This document shows, in pieces, positions 1-12,057 of a DNA stretch of 64,000 nucleotides. The stretch lies in assembly GCF_009914755.1 (NCBI RefSeq), contig NC_060926.1. One strand, given 5' to 3'. Below the pieces are notes generated by a model. That model was not told where the DNA came from. It searched no databases and saw only the letters and a list, made by a program, of their open reading frames with translations. The translations under genes and the position numbers were made by a program. Source of the DNA: the human T2T-CHM13v2.0 reference genome, Homo sapiens. Within the stretch, counting starts at the first letter, position 1. Every line of letters starts with the position of its first letter.

Positions 1-2420
1 ATTCCCCACCAAGGCAGATGTGTCATGACAAGGTAAATTCTTTGTGCGGAAAGAATAAGATACTGACATCTAGAATGGGGATACCTGAAATGACATCGAG
101 ACATCTTGAATCTCCAACACCCCCTCAATCCCCTCAGTTTACAGAAGTCCCAATTAATCTCACTAAGGGTTAGCAACCTCCTTTGTCTAAACAAAATATA
201 GAGGCCTCTTTCCTAAAACATAACAGGTATTCCTCCTTCAGTATTAACCTTCTCTCCCTGACCCTCGACCTCCTTGGCCATCAGGAAAATAATTTAGGCA
301 AAAATTTACAATCACCTAGGTAGGAATGTACCAGGCCTACTAAGGGACAAAAGGAATTACACCTCTAAGGGACACTAGGACCTGACCAACATGAATTTGT
401 ATGAGGTGGGAGAGTATGCCTGGGACTGCTCTCTGAGGATGCTGGCCGAAGGTGGGAGGGTAGAATATAAACCTGGATGATATTCTTCAAAGAATCAGAA
501 TTAATCACTCAGGAAAGAGCCCTGGAAGATGATATGAATGCATAGCTAGAATGCCACCTAGTAGCATGCCGCTTAGACAGCCCATTCTAAGTGAGGTGGT
601 AATTTTGGAACTGTCAAGGCAGATGGTAGAAGAAGAGATAAAAGTCTCAGAGATATGGGTATGTTAAACATATAATATATGGTTGGAAAGCCCATTGACA
701 TTTCTAATTTATGGGGGTGTAGAGGAACAGTAGGATACAGCATTTACTGAAACAATAATGACTATGTTGGCGAGACTGGACCTGGTATTACTGAGAAGTT
801 TATTGCCCTTGTCTCTAGGCCAGGTGAGTGAGAAATACCAGTACAGAACTAAGACGTCTAATAGCAATGGGGATAATAGGACCTAAAACAATAGAGGCCA
901 GATGGTAGCTGTTAACCGTCAGAAGGGATGTGGTCATAATCGCCCTGGCAATAATTAAGACTGGAATTAAGTCAAGAAGCCAAGGAAGCCCAACTCAGTG
1001 TTATGGAGGTGGTTAATAGAACACAGTATCCCAGGAGTAACCCTAGGTAGGTAGCCAAAAAGTATATCACTCCATCTATAACACCAAAGATAAGTAATCA
1101 GAATCTGAGGGTTACTGCAGATATACTGATAAAAAGCCAAGATGACCTACTCAGTTTCCATTTCAGAGCCAGATTTTGGACCTCAAATTCATTGAAGAAA
1201 AGTCTGAGTCACCAGGCGAAAGGGCTCCACAAAGCCACAGCAATTGTACATGGCTATGATTAACTGCCAAGTCTTTTCCCAAAGGGGCCTTCAGGTATTT
1301 ACTCAGGTAACTGTAGTAGAAAAAGAAAAATAGCTGAACATTTTAAGGAATGTTGGACACAAGGCTGAGATGATATGATACCCTGAGACCTGAAGAGTTT
1401 CATGGCTACCCTGTTACGGTGCAATCATATGAGAATATATAATAAATGGCGTCCTGGCCCAGGAATAATTCCCAATGGGTCCATCAGATGTATAGACTCA
1501 CCCAATAGTCATTTCTAGAGTCCACAAATGTATAACAGTTATATTTGCTAGTTGGTGCCATCCCATATACTGGGTTCTTGGCCTGTGGTTATGAGCAATT
1601 GAAACCAAGTGGAAATCTCTGGAAATGCTCTATCCATACCCCTAGCCAAGAGTAAATAAAACACAATATCTCATTCTTAGGGAGTGACAGAAATTAGCAT
1701 TACCTTTAAATACTTAAAAGATGCAGGGCTGGTGGTCATCATTGTATCTTTATTGAATGTAGAAGCCTTTCCTCTGAAAAACAAAACAAAATATAGTGGA
1801 CAAATATTGGAGTATAAAGTAGATTACTGTAAATTTAAGAAAACAGTAGCCCCAATTATTGCTGTGATGTCAGATGTGGTATATTTGCTAGAATGGAGTA
1901 ACATGGCCTCAGAAACGTGATAAGTGACCATTGATTTGATCTGGTGAATGTTGTCTTTTGTATCTTTATTAGAGAAAAAGGAACAGAAAACAGAATATAT
2001 TTACAGCTTTGCTTGATGGCTCTGGTAGCTATTCTGTCTTCTGTCATAACATAGTTTGAAGGAATCCAGGCTGCCTGGACATCTCACAGAATATCATATT
2101 GCTCCACTATTATATAAATGGCATTATTATAATTGGACTGGATGAGCAAGAAATAGCTAGCATGATGGAAATCTTGGTAAGCCACATGTACTCCAGGTTT
2201 TGAGCAATAAACTCTATAAAAATTCAGGGTCCCATCGTGTTAATGAAAATTTTAGAGGTCCAGTATGCCAGGACATTCTCTGCAAAGTAAAGGATAACAT
2301 CATACTTTGTGAGTCCCACCATGAAGGGTGAAACACAATGGCTGATAGACCTGGAGTCAACAGGTTTTACACCTAGGGATATACCTAGTGACCTGAAAGG
2401 CTGGCAACTTTGAGGGTTTC
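1..2420 (+). mobile_element. Decayed ERVL-class (HERVL/ERV3-16A3-like) internal region: gag-protease-RT remnants
   Basis: ORF 1684-1920 (EISITFKYLKDAGLV...VDYCKFKKTVAPIIAVMSDVVYLLE) matches the HERV-L RT motif EISATIKDLKDAGVV...VDYRKLNQVVTPIAAAVPDVVSLLE. A degenerate protease LDTG..LTLIPGDP lies at ~1350-1392 and a degenerate LVHYIDD region at ~2100-2137. There are many stops and frameshifts. Confidence 0.85.
1684..2400 (+). pseudogene. ERVL reverse transcriptase remnant (non-functional)
   Basis: Motif similarity as above, followed by an AIDLANAFF-like sequence at ~1927-1960. It is broken by stops and deletions. Confidence 0.8.
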
Positions 2421-2738
2421 TCTGGAGTCCTAAAAAGATAAGTAAGCAGCAAAGAGGAACGGGTCCAGGTGTGGGAGAACAATTGTTCTTACGAATCACA
2501 AACAACCCCCTGGCAAAATTACCTTGTTCTGCATGTAGCCCCAGGAGCAGGACCCTATAAAACTTTCCTCCAGCCCCTGCCTCTTTGCAGACAGCTCCTT
2601 CTCTGCTGTTATGCCTGCTGCTTTCTCGCAAGGTATCTTCATACTTTCTCTAACAGTTCTGCCTTCTTTACCCATGACTGTCTTAGTAAATTCTTTTACC
2701 ACTTGCGACGCTGGTCCCAGCCAGTTGCACCCATGACA
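2421..2738 (+). mobile_element. 5' LTR of an ERV1 provirus (LTR23/LTR44/LTR56-like family)
   Basis: Direct repeat of 4400-4714. It starts tctggagtcc (TG degraded), ends catgaca, and has TATAAAA at ~2556. Confidence 0.85.
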
Positions 2739-4399
2739 TTATGATGGCGCATACAGGGACTGCTAGAGGACTCCTCCCTTACTTCCCCCCTTTCCTCTCC
2801 TCCAACTCCAGCTTCCAGGTGGACAGCATCCAAGCACGGAGACAAGTGAAGGTCCCCAGCCAGGGCCACTTCCTGGCGAATCAGAAGGTCTCATTGTGAA
2901 GACTTCTGACGGCTGCCGCCCCATCAGGTGAGAGTTTAGAGTTTTGCTTTCATTTTCAGTCTTCTGGAGGACAAACTCTAATAGCCCTCTGGCAATTGAT
3001 GACACCTGGTGTAGCCTGAAGAACAGGAGGTGAACAGGTGTGGCTGCCTTGCCAGGGAGGGAGGAAGGCTCTCTCCTATCCTTACTGGTCAAAAGTCCCC
3101 AGGCCGTATGTGCGGCGTGATTGGCAGTGGAATTTCGACCAGGGCGAATCTACACGTTTTGGGGGACTCAGGCCCCCTCTTTCTCTCTCTAAGTTCCCAC
3201 ATGAAGACAGCCAGCCACCTTGCTTCGGACATCTTAAGCTAGGTGATCCCCGATAGGGCCGGGAGTGTGAGTCGTCCCTCAGCATTTCCGCGCCCCCCAA
3301 CAATACCTGGATTGAGAGCCCCGCATAATTTGTACTGGACTGACCTGGGGTCGCTCACCCAGTGTTCATCCAGCGCAAGGCCCTAGCGCCGGGAGATCCT
3401 TTCCAATAGGTTGGATGCCCCTTTGGAAAGTGGATCCCTCAGTGGACATAAGTGGAACCCCCTTTCCCTGGCGGGACGCCCTGAGAGAAATTGCAGTTCA
3501 TGTTCCCAGTAGACTTTGTTTCCCAGTCCCATTATAGGACAAAGCCTTTCCATTCCTTCAGACTCGCTGCCGGGCTGCGTTTTAAGGCTTTGGGATAAAT
3601 CTGACCCTCAGACTCTCAAAAAGAAACATCTAATTTTCTTGTGTAATACAGCATGACCACTCTATAACCTTCCAGGTCAGGAATCCTCTTGGCCTCCAGG
3701 CAGGACCCTTGCCCCCAACACTATTCTGCAGCTTGGCCTTTTCTGTCACAATTCTTTTAAATGGTTTGAAGTTCCTTACATCCAGGCTTTCATGACTCTG
3801 CCAAACCTGCTGATGTGCTTGGCCAAATTTTTTGGCCTCACTTGCTCTTCTAACATTTTGGACGAACCTTCTTTTACTCTCTTCTGTTCTTCCCAACCAG
3901 ATGAACCAGCTGAGGCCACACCTTTCCTTGACAAACCACCTTCATATTCAATTACACTTACTCCATCTGTTCCTTCTCCCTCACGTTACCCCAAACATCC
4001 CAACCCTGGATGTCATTTTCCAGTAACTTACTTGTCAAATTTGTGTCTTCCAGAATTTGGCAGTTTCAACTTCAAATGGTGATGTGAATGGGATGTCAGT
4101 ATCTCCCCAATGATGTCTGATATCTTTACAAATCTCCCCTGGATTCAGCTGGACACCAGTTTTGCCCTGACATGTTCTCCCTCTCTGATGAACCCCTTCC
4201 TCCAGCAAGATCCAATATCATAAGTCCCACATTCTAGGACAGTAACAGTAACACACAGGGTCTCCTGATAGACCAGTAACCATAGGTAGGGTCAATTCTA
4301 TGTCCCAGGCCAGCAGGAAGCAGTTGGAAGATGAGACCTTCACCCCAATGTCAAAGATTTGTCATTGTTGTTGTGTCAGTTGGGGTTGGGGGGTGGGAA
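2739..4399 (+). mobile_element. Internally deleted ERV1 internal sequence (leader, gag N-terminus, env C-terminus, PPT)
   Basis: A splice-donor-like CAG|GTGAGA lies at ~2925. A gag MA remnant from 3534 reads (M)GQSLSIPSDSLPGCVLRLWDKSDPQTLKKKHLIFLCNTA*P. An env tail remnant LVKFVSSRIWQFQLQMVM lies at ~4032-4085, and a G-rich PPT at 4382-4399. Confidence 0.8.
2742..2759 (+). promoter_or_regulatory. Primer binding site, tRNA-Ile(AAU)-like
   Basis: tgatggcgcatacaggga lies 3 nt after the LTR and matches TGGTGGCCCGTACGGGGA (complement of the tRNA-Ile 3' end) at 14/18 positions. Two of the mismatches are CpG decay. Confidence 0.6.
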
Positions 4400-4714
4400 T
4401 GTGGAGTCCTAATAAGTAAGCAACAACAAGGAAGGGGCCCTGGGTAGGGGAGAACAATTGTTCTGAGAGTCAGTTAATCAACTTGCTGGCACAACTACCT
4501 AGTTTTGCATGTAGACCCAGCAGCACAACCCTATGAAATGTCCCTGCAGCCCCTGACTCTTTGCAGTCAGCCCCTTTTCTGCTGTGCTGCCTGTTGCTTT
4601 CTTGCAACGTATCGTCATACTTCCTCTAATAAATCTGTCTTCTTTACCCACAACCGTGTTGGCAAATTCTTTTACCTCTTGTGACACCAACCCCAGTCAG
4701 TCACACCCACAACA
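4400..4714 (+). mobile_element. 3' LTR of the ERV1 provirus
   Basis: Runs tgtggagtcc...cacaaca with AATAAA at ~4628. It is a diverged copy of 2421-2738. Confidence 0.88.
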
Positions 4715-5070
4715 GGCTCCAGAGCAGGAGAGGGCTCTGAAGTAATTCCAGGCTTCAGTGCAGGCAATCTTGCTGCTTGGGTTGGGTTATATGACTTGAA
4801 AGGCCCTGTGGTTTTGGAGATATGAGTGACTGGAAAGAATGCCATACAGATTTTATGGCAAGCCCCTAGTGGGAGAATCTCATGCAGATCCCTAGTATTC
4901 TGGAGATTTGTAGCCTTTGAGAAACGTTTCCTTGTATGATACTGTGACCTGGTATCTGGGCTGGTTTGTCCCACTAACCTGCTTCCTCTTAATGCCCCCC
5001 AACCTTATATCTAGAGAATAAAGATGTTCCCAGAACCTATAAGAAGTGAATCCAAGTGACAGAGTGAGCT
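4715..5070 (+). mobile_element. Continuation of ERVL pol (RT connection region), then truncated
   Basis: ccagagcaggagagggctctg...caggcttcagtgcaggca corresponds to PEQE(K/R)AL..(V)QA(A)VQA and resumes the ASFEWG motif interrupted at 2420. Confidence 0.75.
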
Positions 5071-5502
5071 GTGGTTGATGTATGAGGTTGTACTGCCCAT
5101 GTCTCCCTTCAGGAATAAAGTATTTATTTCCCTAACTGTTGGGAGGAATAGCATAAGATAGCCGTCAAGTATCAGCTTTTTAGGGGGTTATCCTTGGAAG
5201 AAAGTTGCCTTAGCCAAGTCACACCTTTTTAGGGTGTGCTACACTCAATGTCTGGCCAATTTGGGAATATAACAGCCAAGCTCCTTCATCCTAATTTGAG
5301 AGATCTCTTAAACACCAGATGAGTTCTGGAGCTTCCAGTGGGGTGGGCTGAGGTTTTGTTTGGGACTACAGCCTTGTTCAATTATGCTTTCCCCACTTTC
5401 TTTTTCTTCCTTTCATAGGCATTGATCCTAAGAGCACCCCCTCATAAATATATGGCGTGCTAGTCTCCATCTCAGATTCTGCTTCTCGGGGAAACTGTGA
5501 CA
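5070..5502 (+). mobile_element. ERVL LTR (LTR33-like), probable 3' LTR of the ERVL
   Basis: tgtactgccca..tctcccttcaggaat and ttgatcctaagagcac...ctccatctcagattctgcttc...gtgaca match the recalled LTR33 consensus. Confidence 0.75.
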
Positions 5503-6779
5503 CATTGTTTATCCTTGGTGGACACATATTAAGGTAAAGCCACAACTGACTATATACCATTCGTTAGAATTGGAAAGGAAGAAATAGTCAATAATACGTC
5601 TTTTATTTTTTCCTTTTTATCTCTGTTTTCTTCCCTCTTAAACTAGAAGTTTCAAGAATGTCTAATCATTTTTTTCATTAAATCATATTTACATAGCTGA
5701 AAGTTTTAAATAGAGAAACATACAGACATGTAAATATTATTTAAAAAATAATAACTTCTATCCTCATGACTCTCACTTATATACATGCACCTTTATTTAA
5801 TGTTTCTTTATTTAAAGTATCAGAGGCTAATACAAACATAGTTTCCAAAAAATCTCTGTGATTTTTGTGTTACTCTGGATAAGCCACAGTTTTTCATAAA
5901 TAACACTGAAAAATTTATATATACCTATTGTGTTCAGCTTTATTGTTTCTCCCTTCTATGGGTTTTGGTGAGATAATATGCAGGGGACATAGACCAATTA
6001 TAGGTAATATCAGGAGGAAAATGTATTACTAAATATAGTCTAAGGTTTCTGGTTCAAGTCATTAGCCAGTACTACTATTTTTTTCTTCCTTCCAAGGTCA
6101 TATTGAATACTTACATAATATTTCAAGAGAATAAAACAATGAGATCATTGGGAAACCACAATGCTAAGAATTTGCAAACATTTTGGGAGCTAGATAAAGA
6201 CTGGCAGTGAAGTCACAGCAGATGAAACACCAGAGCTATGTTTTTCAAGCTGTGTACTGTATAACTCTAGGGGCTCAATTTGCATAGAATTATGCAGGGT
6301 TTAACCTGCTCAAACATCTAGAGAGGCCCTGGAGACACCAGCCCAAGGTATACGTATGAGTTCTTTCCCCAAATTATTCCTAAAGGAGTCCCAAATAAAA
6401 ACCAACAAATTCAAAGAACAGAAGTGGGCCTTGGGGCCATAGAAAAAGTCATTAAATGATTGAATACAAAATAGCCCAGAGAGTAAGCCTTTCCTTCCTC
6501 CCACAGCCAAACAGAATGACTGGTAAGAAAAGATTTGCTCTCAAGGTAAAACGCTGGAGCAAATTACAGAAAGTCTCTGGTCTGTCTGGGAAGAGTTTGA
6601 AGTCCTAAGAGAAAAGCACCCTGGAGCTTTGGACAAGTCCTAACTGCCACAGCAGATAGGACTGGGGAAACTAGAAATTATAATCTGCCCCTGAGGGAAA
6701 GAATTTATCCCACTTCACCTCGAGAGTCACTTCTTGTTTTGGCAACTGTGTGGGTCTCCAGGCTCCCTGCCTATATTAA

Positions 6780-7560
6780 TCAATCTAGTCATTCAATTAA
6801 TTATGAATAGGCAATCAAGACTAACAAGAGAGTTGAGAACAATCAGCACCATGGGTGTTAGCAATAATAAGACTGCCTAGGAAACAAATCATCTGAGAAA
6901 AAAGATAATTAAAATATATACTTAATATCGTTAGAGATTTTCAAATGATACTGCATTTTTAAAACAAAACCAGGCTGTCATGATAAAATAAAGAATGACA
7001 AAAAGTTCTTGAAAATTAAAATATGATTTTTGAGAACAAAAATAATGAATTTTCTGATTGATACTATAAAAATGGCTGAAGAGCAAATATGTGATCAGGA
7101 ATAAAATAAGTTTCCTAGACTACACGATAAAAAGGTAAAGTATAAGAAAGTATATGAGAAAGGTTATAATATGTGGAAGATAGACTCAGAATGTGTAGCA
7201 AACAGAAATAATGGAGAAGAAAAAACATTTAAAAATTAATAGAAAATTTTCAAAACTAATATAGTATAATATATGTATAGTATAAATGTTTATGTTGAAA
7301 GGGCCTACAGAATTAATGAGAAAAATTACAAAAAGACAGACATGTAGATAAACCCTGAAAGATCACAAAAGAGAAAAGGGAGAGTAAAAAACTTAAATAT
7401 TAAGAAACAAATATCATATTTACCTCAGTTTCATCAGCAATACTGAATAATAGAAGACAGTGGAGTAATGTTTTCTAATTTTAAGCCTATAATTCTATAT
7501 ATAAACAAATTTTGAGAAAAAAATAAAAATTAGGGGATATGGAGGAACTCAGAACATTTC
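6780..7560 (+). mobile_element. Ancient L1M/HAL1-like ORF1 remnant
   Basis: A-rich sequence with degenerate ORF1 C-terminal motifs (ttgaaagggccta; tcatcagcaatactgaataatagaagacagtggagtaatg). Confidence 0.5.
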
Positions 7561-7666
7561 TAATCTATTAAGCACACACATACACATATATATGTTTATA
7601 TGTAAGAATATGCATGTACACATATTATTTGATATGCATATACACACACATATATATGTGCATATT

Positions 7667-7808
7667 AGAGTTTCTCAATTTTGGCACTATGGACACTTTG
7701 GGTCAGATAATTCTTTATTGTGAAAATGTATCAAGTGCATTGTGGGATATTTAGCAGCATCATTGGTAAAGGCGGGGGATCAAAATCACCTCAAGTTAGA
7801 AACCACTC
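7667..7808 (-). mobile_element. MER20 (hAT-Charlie) fragment
   Basis: tttctcaattttggcactatggacactttgggtcagataattcttt...gtgcattgtgggatatttagcagcatc. Confidence 0.75.
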
Positions 7809-8017
7809 GTATCCTCACATATATATGTATATGTACATATGTGTTTATATGTATCTATATATACACAAACACATATACAAAAACCACATGTTATGCACAT
7901 ATAAGAATATGTGTAAGATTTTATATGTATAGGATTATATATATAAGATTATATATCTACCTGTACACATACATATATGTATATATGTAAGATTTTATAC
8001 AAGGCATACATAATATA

Positions 8018-8447
8018 TAGTTGACCATTGAATAACATGGGGGTTATGGACACTGACCCCCATGCAGTAAAAAATTTGAATATCACTTTTTATTTTTCAA
8101 AACTTTTATGAATAGCTTTCTGTTAACAAGAAGCCTAAGCAATGGTATAGTCAATTAACACATATTTTGCATGTTATATGTATTATATACTGTACTGTTA
8201 CAATAAAGTAAGCTAGAGAAAAAATATTAAGAAAATCATAAGGAAGAGAAAACATATTTAATATTTATTAAGTGGAAGTATATTATCATAAAGGTCCTCA
8301 TTCTTATTGTCTTCAAATTAAGTAGGCTAAGAAAGAGGAGAAAGAGGAAGGCTTAGTCTTACTGTCCCATGGGTGGCAGAGGTGGAAGAAAATCCATGCA
8401 AAAGGAGACCCAAACAGTTCAAATTTGTGTTGTTCAAGGGTCAAAGC
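8018..8447. mobile_element. Tigger2a (TcMar-Tigger) DNA transposon
   Basis: TIRs agttgaccattgaataacatgg / gtgttgttcaagggtcaa. The internal caataaagtaagctagagaaaa is a typical Tigger2 motif. Confidence 0.85.
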
Positions 8448-8454
8448 AATATAT

Positions 8455-8529
8455 GGACAGACGATAGATAGAAGATTAGATAGATATTAATGGATGGATG
8501 GATGGATGGATAGATAGACAGATAGATAG
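8455..8529. repeat. (GATA)/(GGAT) compound microsatellite
   Basis: Direct reading of the sequence. Confidence 0.9.
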
Positions 8530-8574
8530 CAGCCCAAAATCAGCATTCTGGAACACGTGGCCTGGTAGTAAAGT

Positions 8575-9070
8575 CTTGGTGTTGGTCCTAGCACTCACAG
8601 ATAGGCCTTGGTTTTTCCTGTTGAACATAAGCAGTTTCATAGAACATCAAGATGAGACAAGTCCACTCTGTGACCATGATGAAATAAGAGAAATAAAGAC
8701 CACTATGTAATCATGTCTGAACACAGACAAAACACGAATATTTTTCAAACCACAAATGTGACCAGCATCTTCCTATCTTGTCTAATAAGAGTGACAGTTT
8801 TTTCCTTATCAATTATATCTTTAACCTTTATCTAATGTTCTCTCCTTCTAGATTTACTGTGACATCCAATCACAGGATTACTTCACTTCCTGAGAGCATA
8901 CAATTTAAAGAAAGCCCTACTTACTTAAACTCTCCCAAATCATGTAAAATAATTCTAAATCCAATAGTAGGTTCATTCTAACACTCCTTAGTGAGATGCT
9001 TCCCTACAGTTTCCAGCTGCAATAAGTAATGAACTCAAGTTCTTCAGCTGCAGATGCTCCTGGTAATCCA
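8575..9070 (+). mobile_element. ERV1 solo LTR (MER67-like)
   Basis: gaccactatgtaatcatgtctgaacacagacaaaac...aataagagtgac...aaagccctacttacttaaac matches the recalled MER67 consensus. Confidence 0.65.
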
Positions 9071-10159
9071 AGGAAGTATTACATAGGATATAAGAAAAAT
9101 TTGAGTATGACCTAGAAAAAGTGAAGGACACTGGAAAGAAAAAAATAAAACAACAACAGAAGCCATTAGCCATTTGCCATTTAGAAGCTTCAGTGACATA
9201 GGGTTTTATTGCTCTTTTTATGACCCATATATCTTATTTGATTCTACAGTAAATAGTATTTAAATGTGGATGTAAAAATGTTATTTATTGGTTTTCAGCC
9301 TTTATTAAAAAACCTACAAATAAAGGAGAATAAATTTAAGTAGAGTGATGTACCTGAATATACTGATCAATATTATTAATCTTGATGTTGCCAAAATCAT
9401 GATAGAGATGATGGAAGCTGAGACATGGAACAGAAAAAATAAGATGGAGGAAAAGCCAGTGTGTTAATCATTAGCTCATCTTTCATAGAGGAGACTCAGT
9501 AGATAGTGTTGAAAGTTGATAAAAGAAGATATAAAGCCATAAAAATTATAGTTTAGTTTAAAGTTGAAATTACTACACAAAAAAACTAAAACTAAATCAG
9601 TAAAAAATGTTGAATTTGTAGCAGGGGCATGGACAATAGTCTAACTACAGTGAATTCTCAAACTTTATTGAAGGAAGTAAATAGTTACTGTTTAATGTTG
9701 ACAAATCAAAAAATAGAAGTATAGCACAAGATTTAAAGTTGTTACATTAAACTAAGTATGACCAGTGTAATAAACTTTTAGCAGTGGCAGCAACAGCAGA
9801 ATAGAAAGGAAACCATGAAAAATGGTAGATTTTACTCTCTATTTCATAGATTTCTGCATGCATTTACACCACATGTGCCTATTAGTTCCATAATTTAAAT
9901 AAATAATGGTACTCTCATGACACATAATACTTTTCAATAGTTAAAAAGACTGTTTACAAAATATTAAGTGAAAAAGCAAGTTTCAGGAAAGGATGCATAA
10001 CATGAGCTCATATATGTAAATATATACAAAGTACATATTGCAAATAAATATTATATATAATGTATTATATATAATGTATACAGCAAATGTATATATTTTG
10101 TATGTCTTACAAGATGCACATTTAATAACAGATAAATCTTGGAGAGTGGGTGGCTTGGA

Positions 10160-10640
10160 AAAAAGTGAATGGATTTGACAGATGTTTAGAAAATGTATGG
10201 CTTAGTGATTAGGTATGGAGAATAGCGAGGTATGAAAGGAAACTGGCATTTCAGCTTGAGCACTAGATGGATGGTCATTCTAATAAGAAAAATCACTGGG
10301 AGAAGAGGGCTGCTTGCTTATCTGTCAGTTCATTTGCGGGTTTTTTTTTTCAGAGGATGGGGCGAGCAATAATAACTTTGATTCTGGACAAATTAAATGT
10401 TTGTAGTGCAAACATCTAAGTGGGCATGTTCAGTAGGCAATTGGATATACAGGATTGAAGCTTGCAAGAGAAATTCAGCCTACCGATACTGAGTGGTAGT
10501 TGTAGTTTGTAGAGGCTGTTAGAGGTGGTTGAAAACATGGACTGTAGGAGGTGGCTTAGAGAGACCAAGTGAACCAAGGAGAAAAGAGGCATGCAGTCTC
10601 TGGGGAACATAAACATTTGATGTTGAAAGAGTATTAGATA
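10160..10640 (-). mobile_element. L2 fragment
   Basis: tcagcttgagcactagatggatgg; ttctggacaaattaaatgtttg..acatctaagtgg..gttcagtaggcaattggatatac. Confidence 0.65.
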
Positions 10641-10699
10641 CAGGTAGGTCATGTGGTCTAGAAAGTGGGAGGGAAAACATCTAGATCTCTCCCTTCCTC

Positions 10700-11292
10700 A
10701 CATATTAGGATACTATCAGAGAAGCAAGGTTTAGTACAGGAATTTGACTTCACACAATTGTGGAAGCTGATTAAACAGTCTCAGACCATTTCTTCTGTGT
10801 CTGGTGCTGGAACTTGAAATACAATAGGCACAGACAGTTGGGAAGGGAAGATGCATATGAAGTGGGGGAGCATCGGGACAATCTGGAACCAATGAGCAGG
10901 AGGTGATTGTAAACTTATGAGGACAGAGTAGAACTGCCTCCAACCTTGATGAAGTGGCTGTCCTTCAGGAGAAGCTGGTACCCTTTGTCATGGAGTTAAA
11001 CATGCCCTGGCCCAGAAGTCAGAGAACCTAAAGGAGAGTCAGGGAAGGTGAGGCAGTGCAACTTGGATAGGACCCCTACTGGAATAATGTGAGCAAGCAG
11101 AGTAGTGACAACATGCATAAGCTACAAAAGTGCCTGCCTTGATCTGAGCATAAAGACAAAATGGGTGCTGCTTCACTTGCCCTCAAAATCTCTCCTAAAA
11201 TATTTCTTGGTACCTACCTTAACCAGGAACATACAGGGAATTTAGGGAAATGTAGTTCAACTTAGCCAGGTTGACAATTTAAAAGCTATCAA
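10700..11292 (-). mobile_element. Old ERVL-class LTR (family uncertain)
   Basis: The end sequence aggaacatacagggaatttagggaaatgtagttcaacttagccaggttgaca is typical of ERVL/MLT2-related LTRs in reverse orientation. Confidence 0.5.
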
Positions 11293-11639
11293 ACCTGGTG
11301 ATGCTTTTAAAAGATGTAAAATTAGTCATTAGTACCTTCTTACTCTTCATTATCTAGTTTATTTTCTAATTCTTAGTCCATGAAGTCCTTAGGGGCCTTT
11401 CTCAGGTATTGCCCATTTATGCTTATGCTAAATAATCAACATGCAGCCACTTAACCCACTCCCACACCAAACTCAAATTCCTCAGTGAGCTCATCTCAGT
11501 GAGGCTTCAGGAAGTAAAACAGTACTCCACACAGTGCTCGACAAGTGTTTGTTGAATCCAGTGAATGAATGGCTCCAGACTGAATTAAATCACATTAAAA
11601 TATAAAGTGCTGGTAACATTGCAGAGGCAATGTGGAATA

Positions 11640-11850
11640 GCAAAAGAAGCAGCAGAGATATTCTCTGGGGTTCGACATATCTGAATTTTGGCCCCGTCAC
11701 CCTTGTCTTGGTAAATTACTTAAACTTTTTTTCTGAGCTTTTGCTCCCCTCTATTTTAAATTGGATTAATATTATTATAGCTCACAGGGTAGTTGTGAGA
11801 ATACATGTCTATCACAGTGCTTGTTACTTATCAGTCACTCAATAGATATT
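11640..11850 (+). mobile_element. MIR SINE
   Basis: cttggtaaattacttaaactt..tctgagc...cacagggtagttgtgagaata is the MIR core. Confidence 0.65.
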
Positions 11851-12032
11851 AAAACACTTCTGCTAATTCTTGGAACCCAACAAGAGGCCTTTGAACTCTT
11901 GACCCAATATGAAGTTAAGTGAAAAATTCAGCCAGCAAGCATATGAAGTAGTTAGATTTGGCAGTGGGTCACAGAGTGGGCCTATCAGCCCAGTCTAAGA
12001 GTATAAAACTCTGCTTCTCCTAAAATATATTT

Positions 12033-12057
12033 CACACACACACACACACACACACAC
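12033..12057. repeat. (CA)n microsatellite
   Basis: Direct reading of the sequence. Confidence 0.95.

Noticed and set aside
1684-1920. ERVL RT ORF as a domesticated gene
   Set aside because: It is short, has a GTG start, the catalytic YIDD region is disrupted, and a provirus is inserted downstream.
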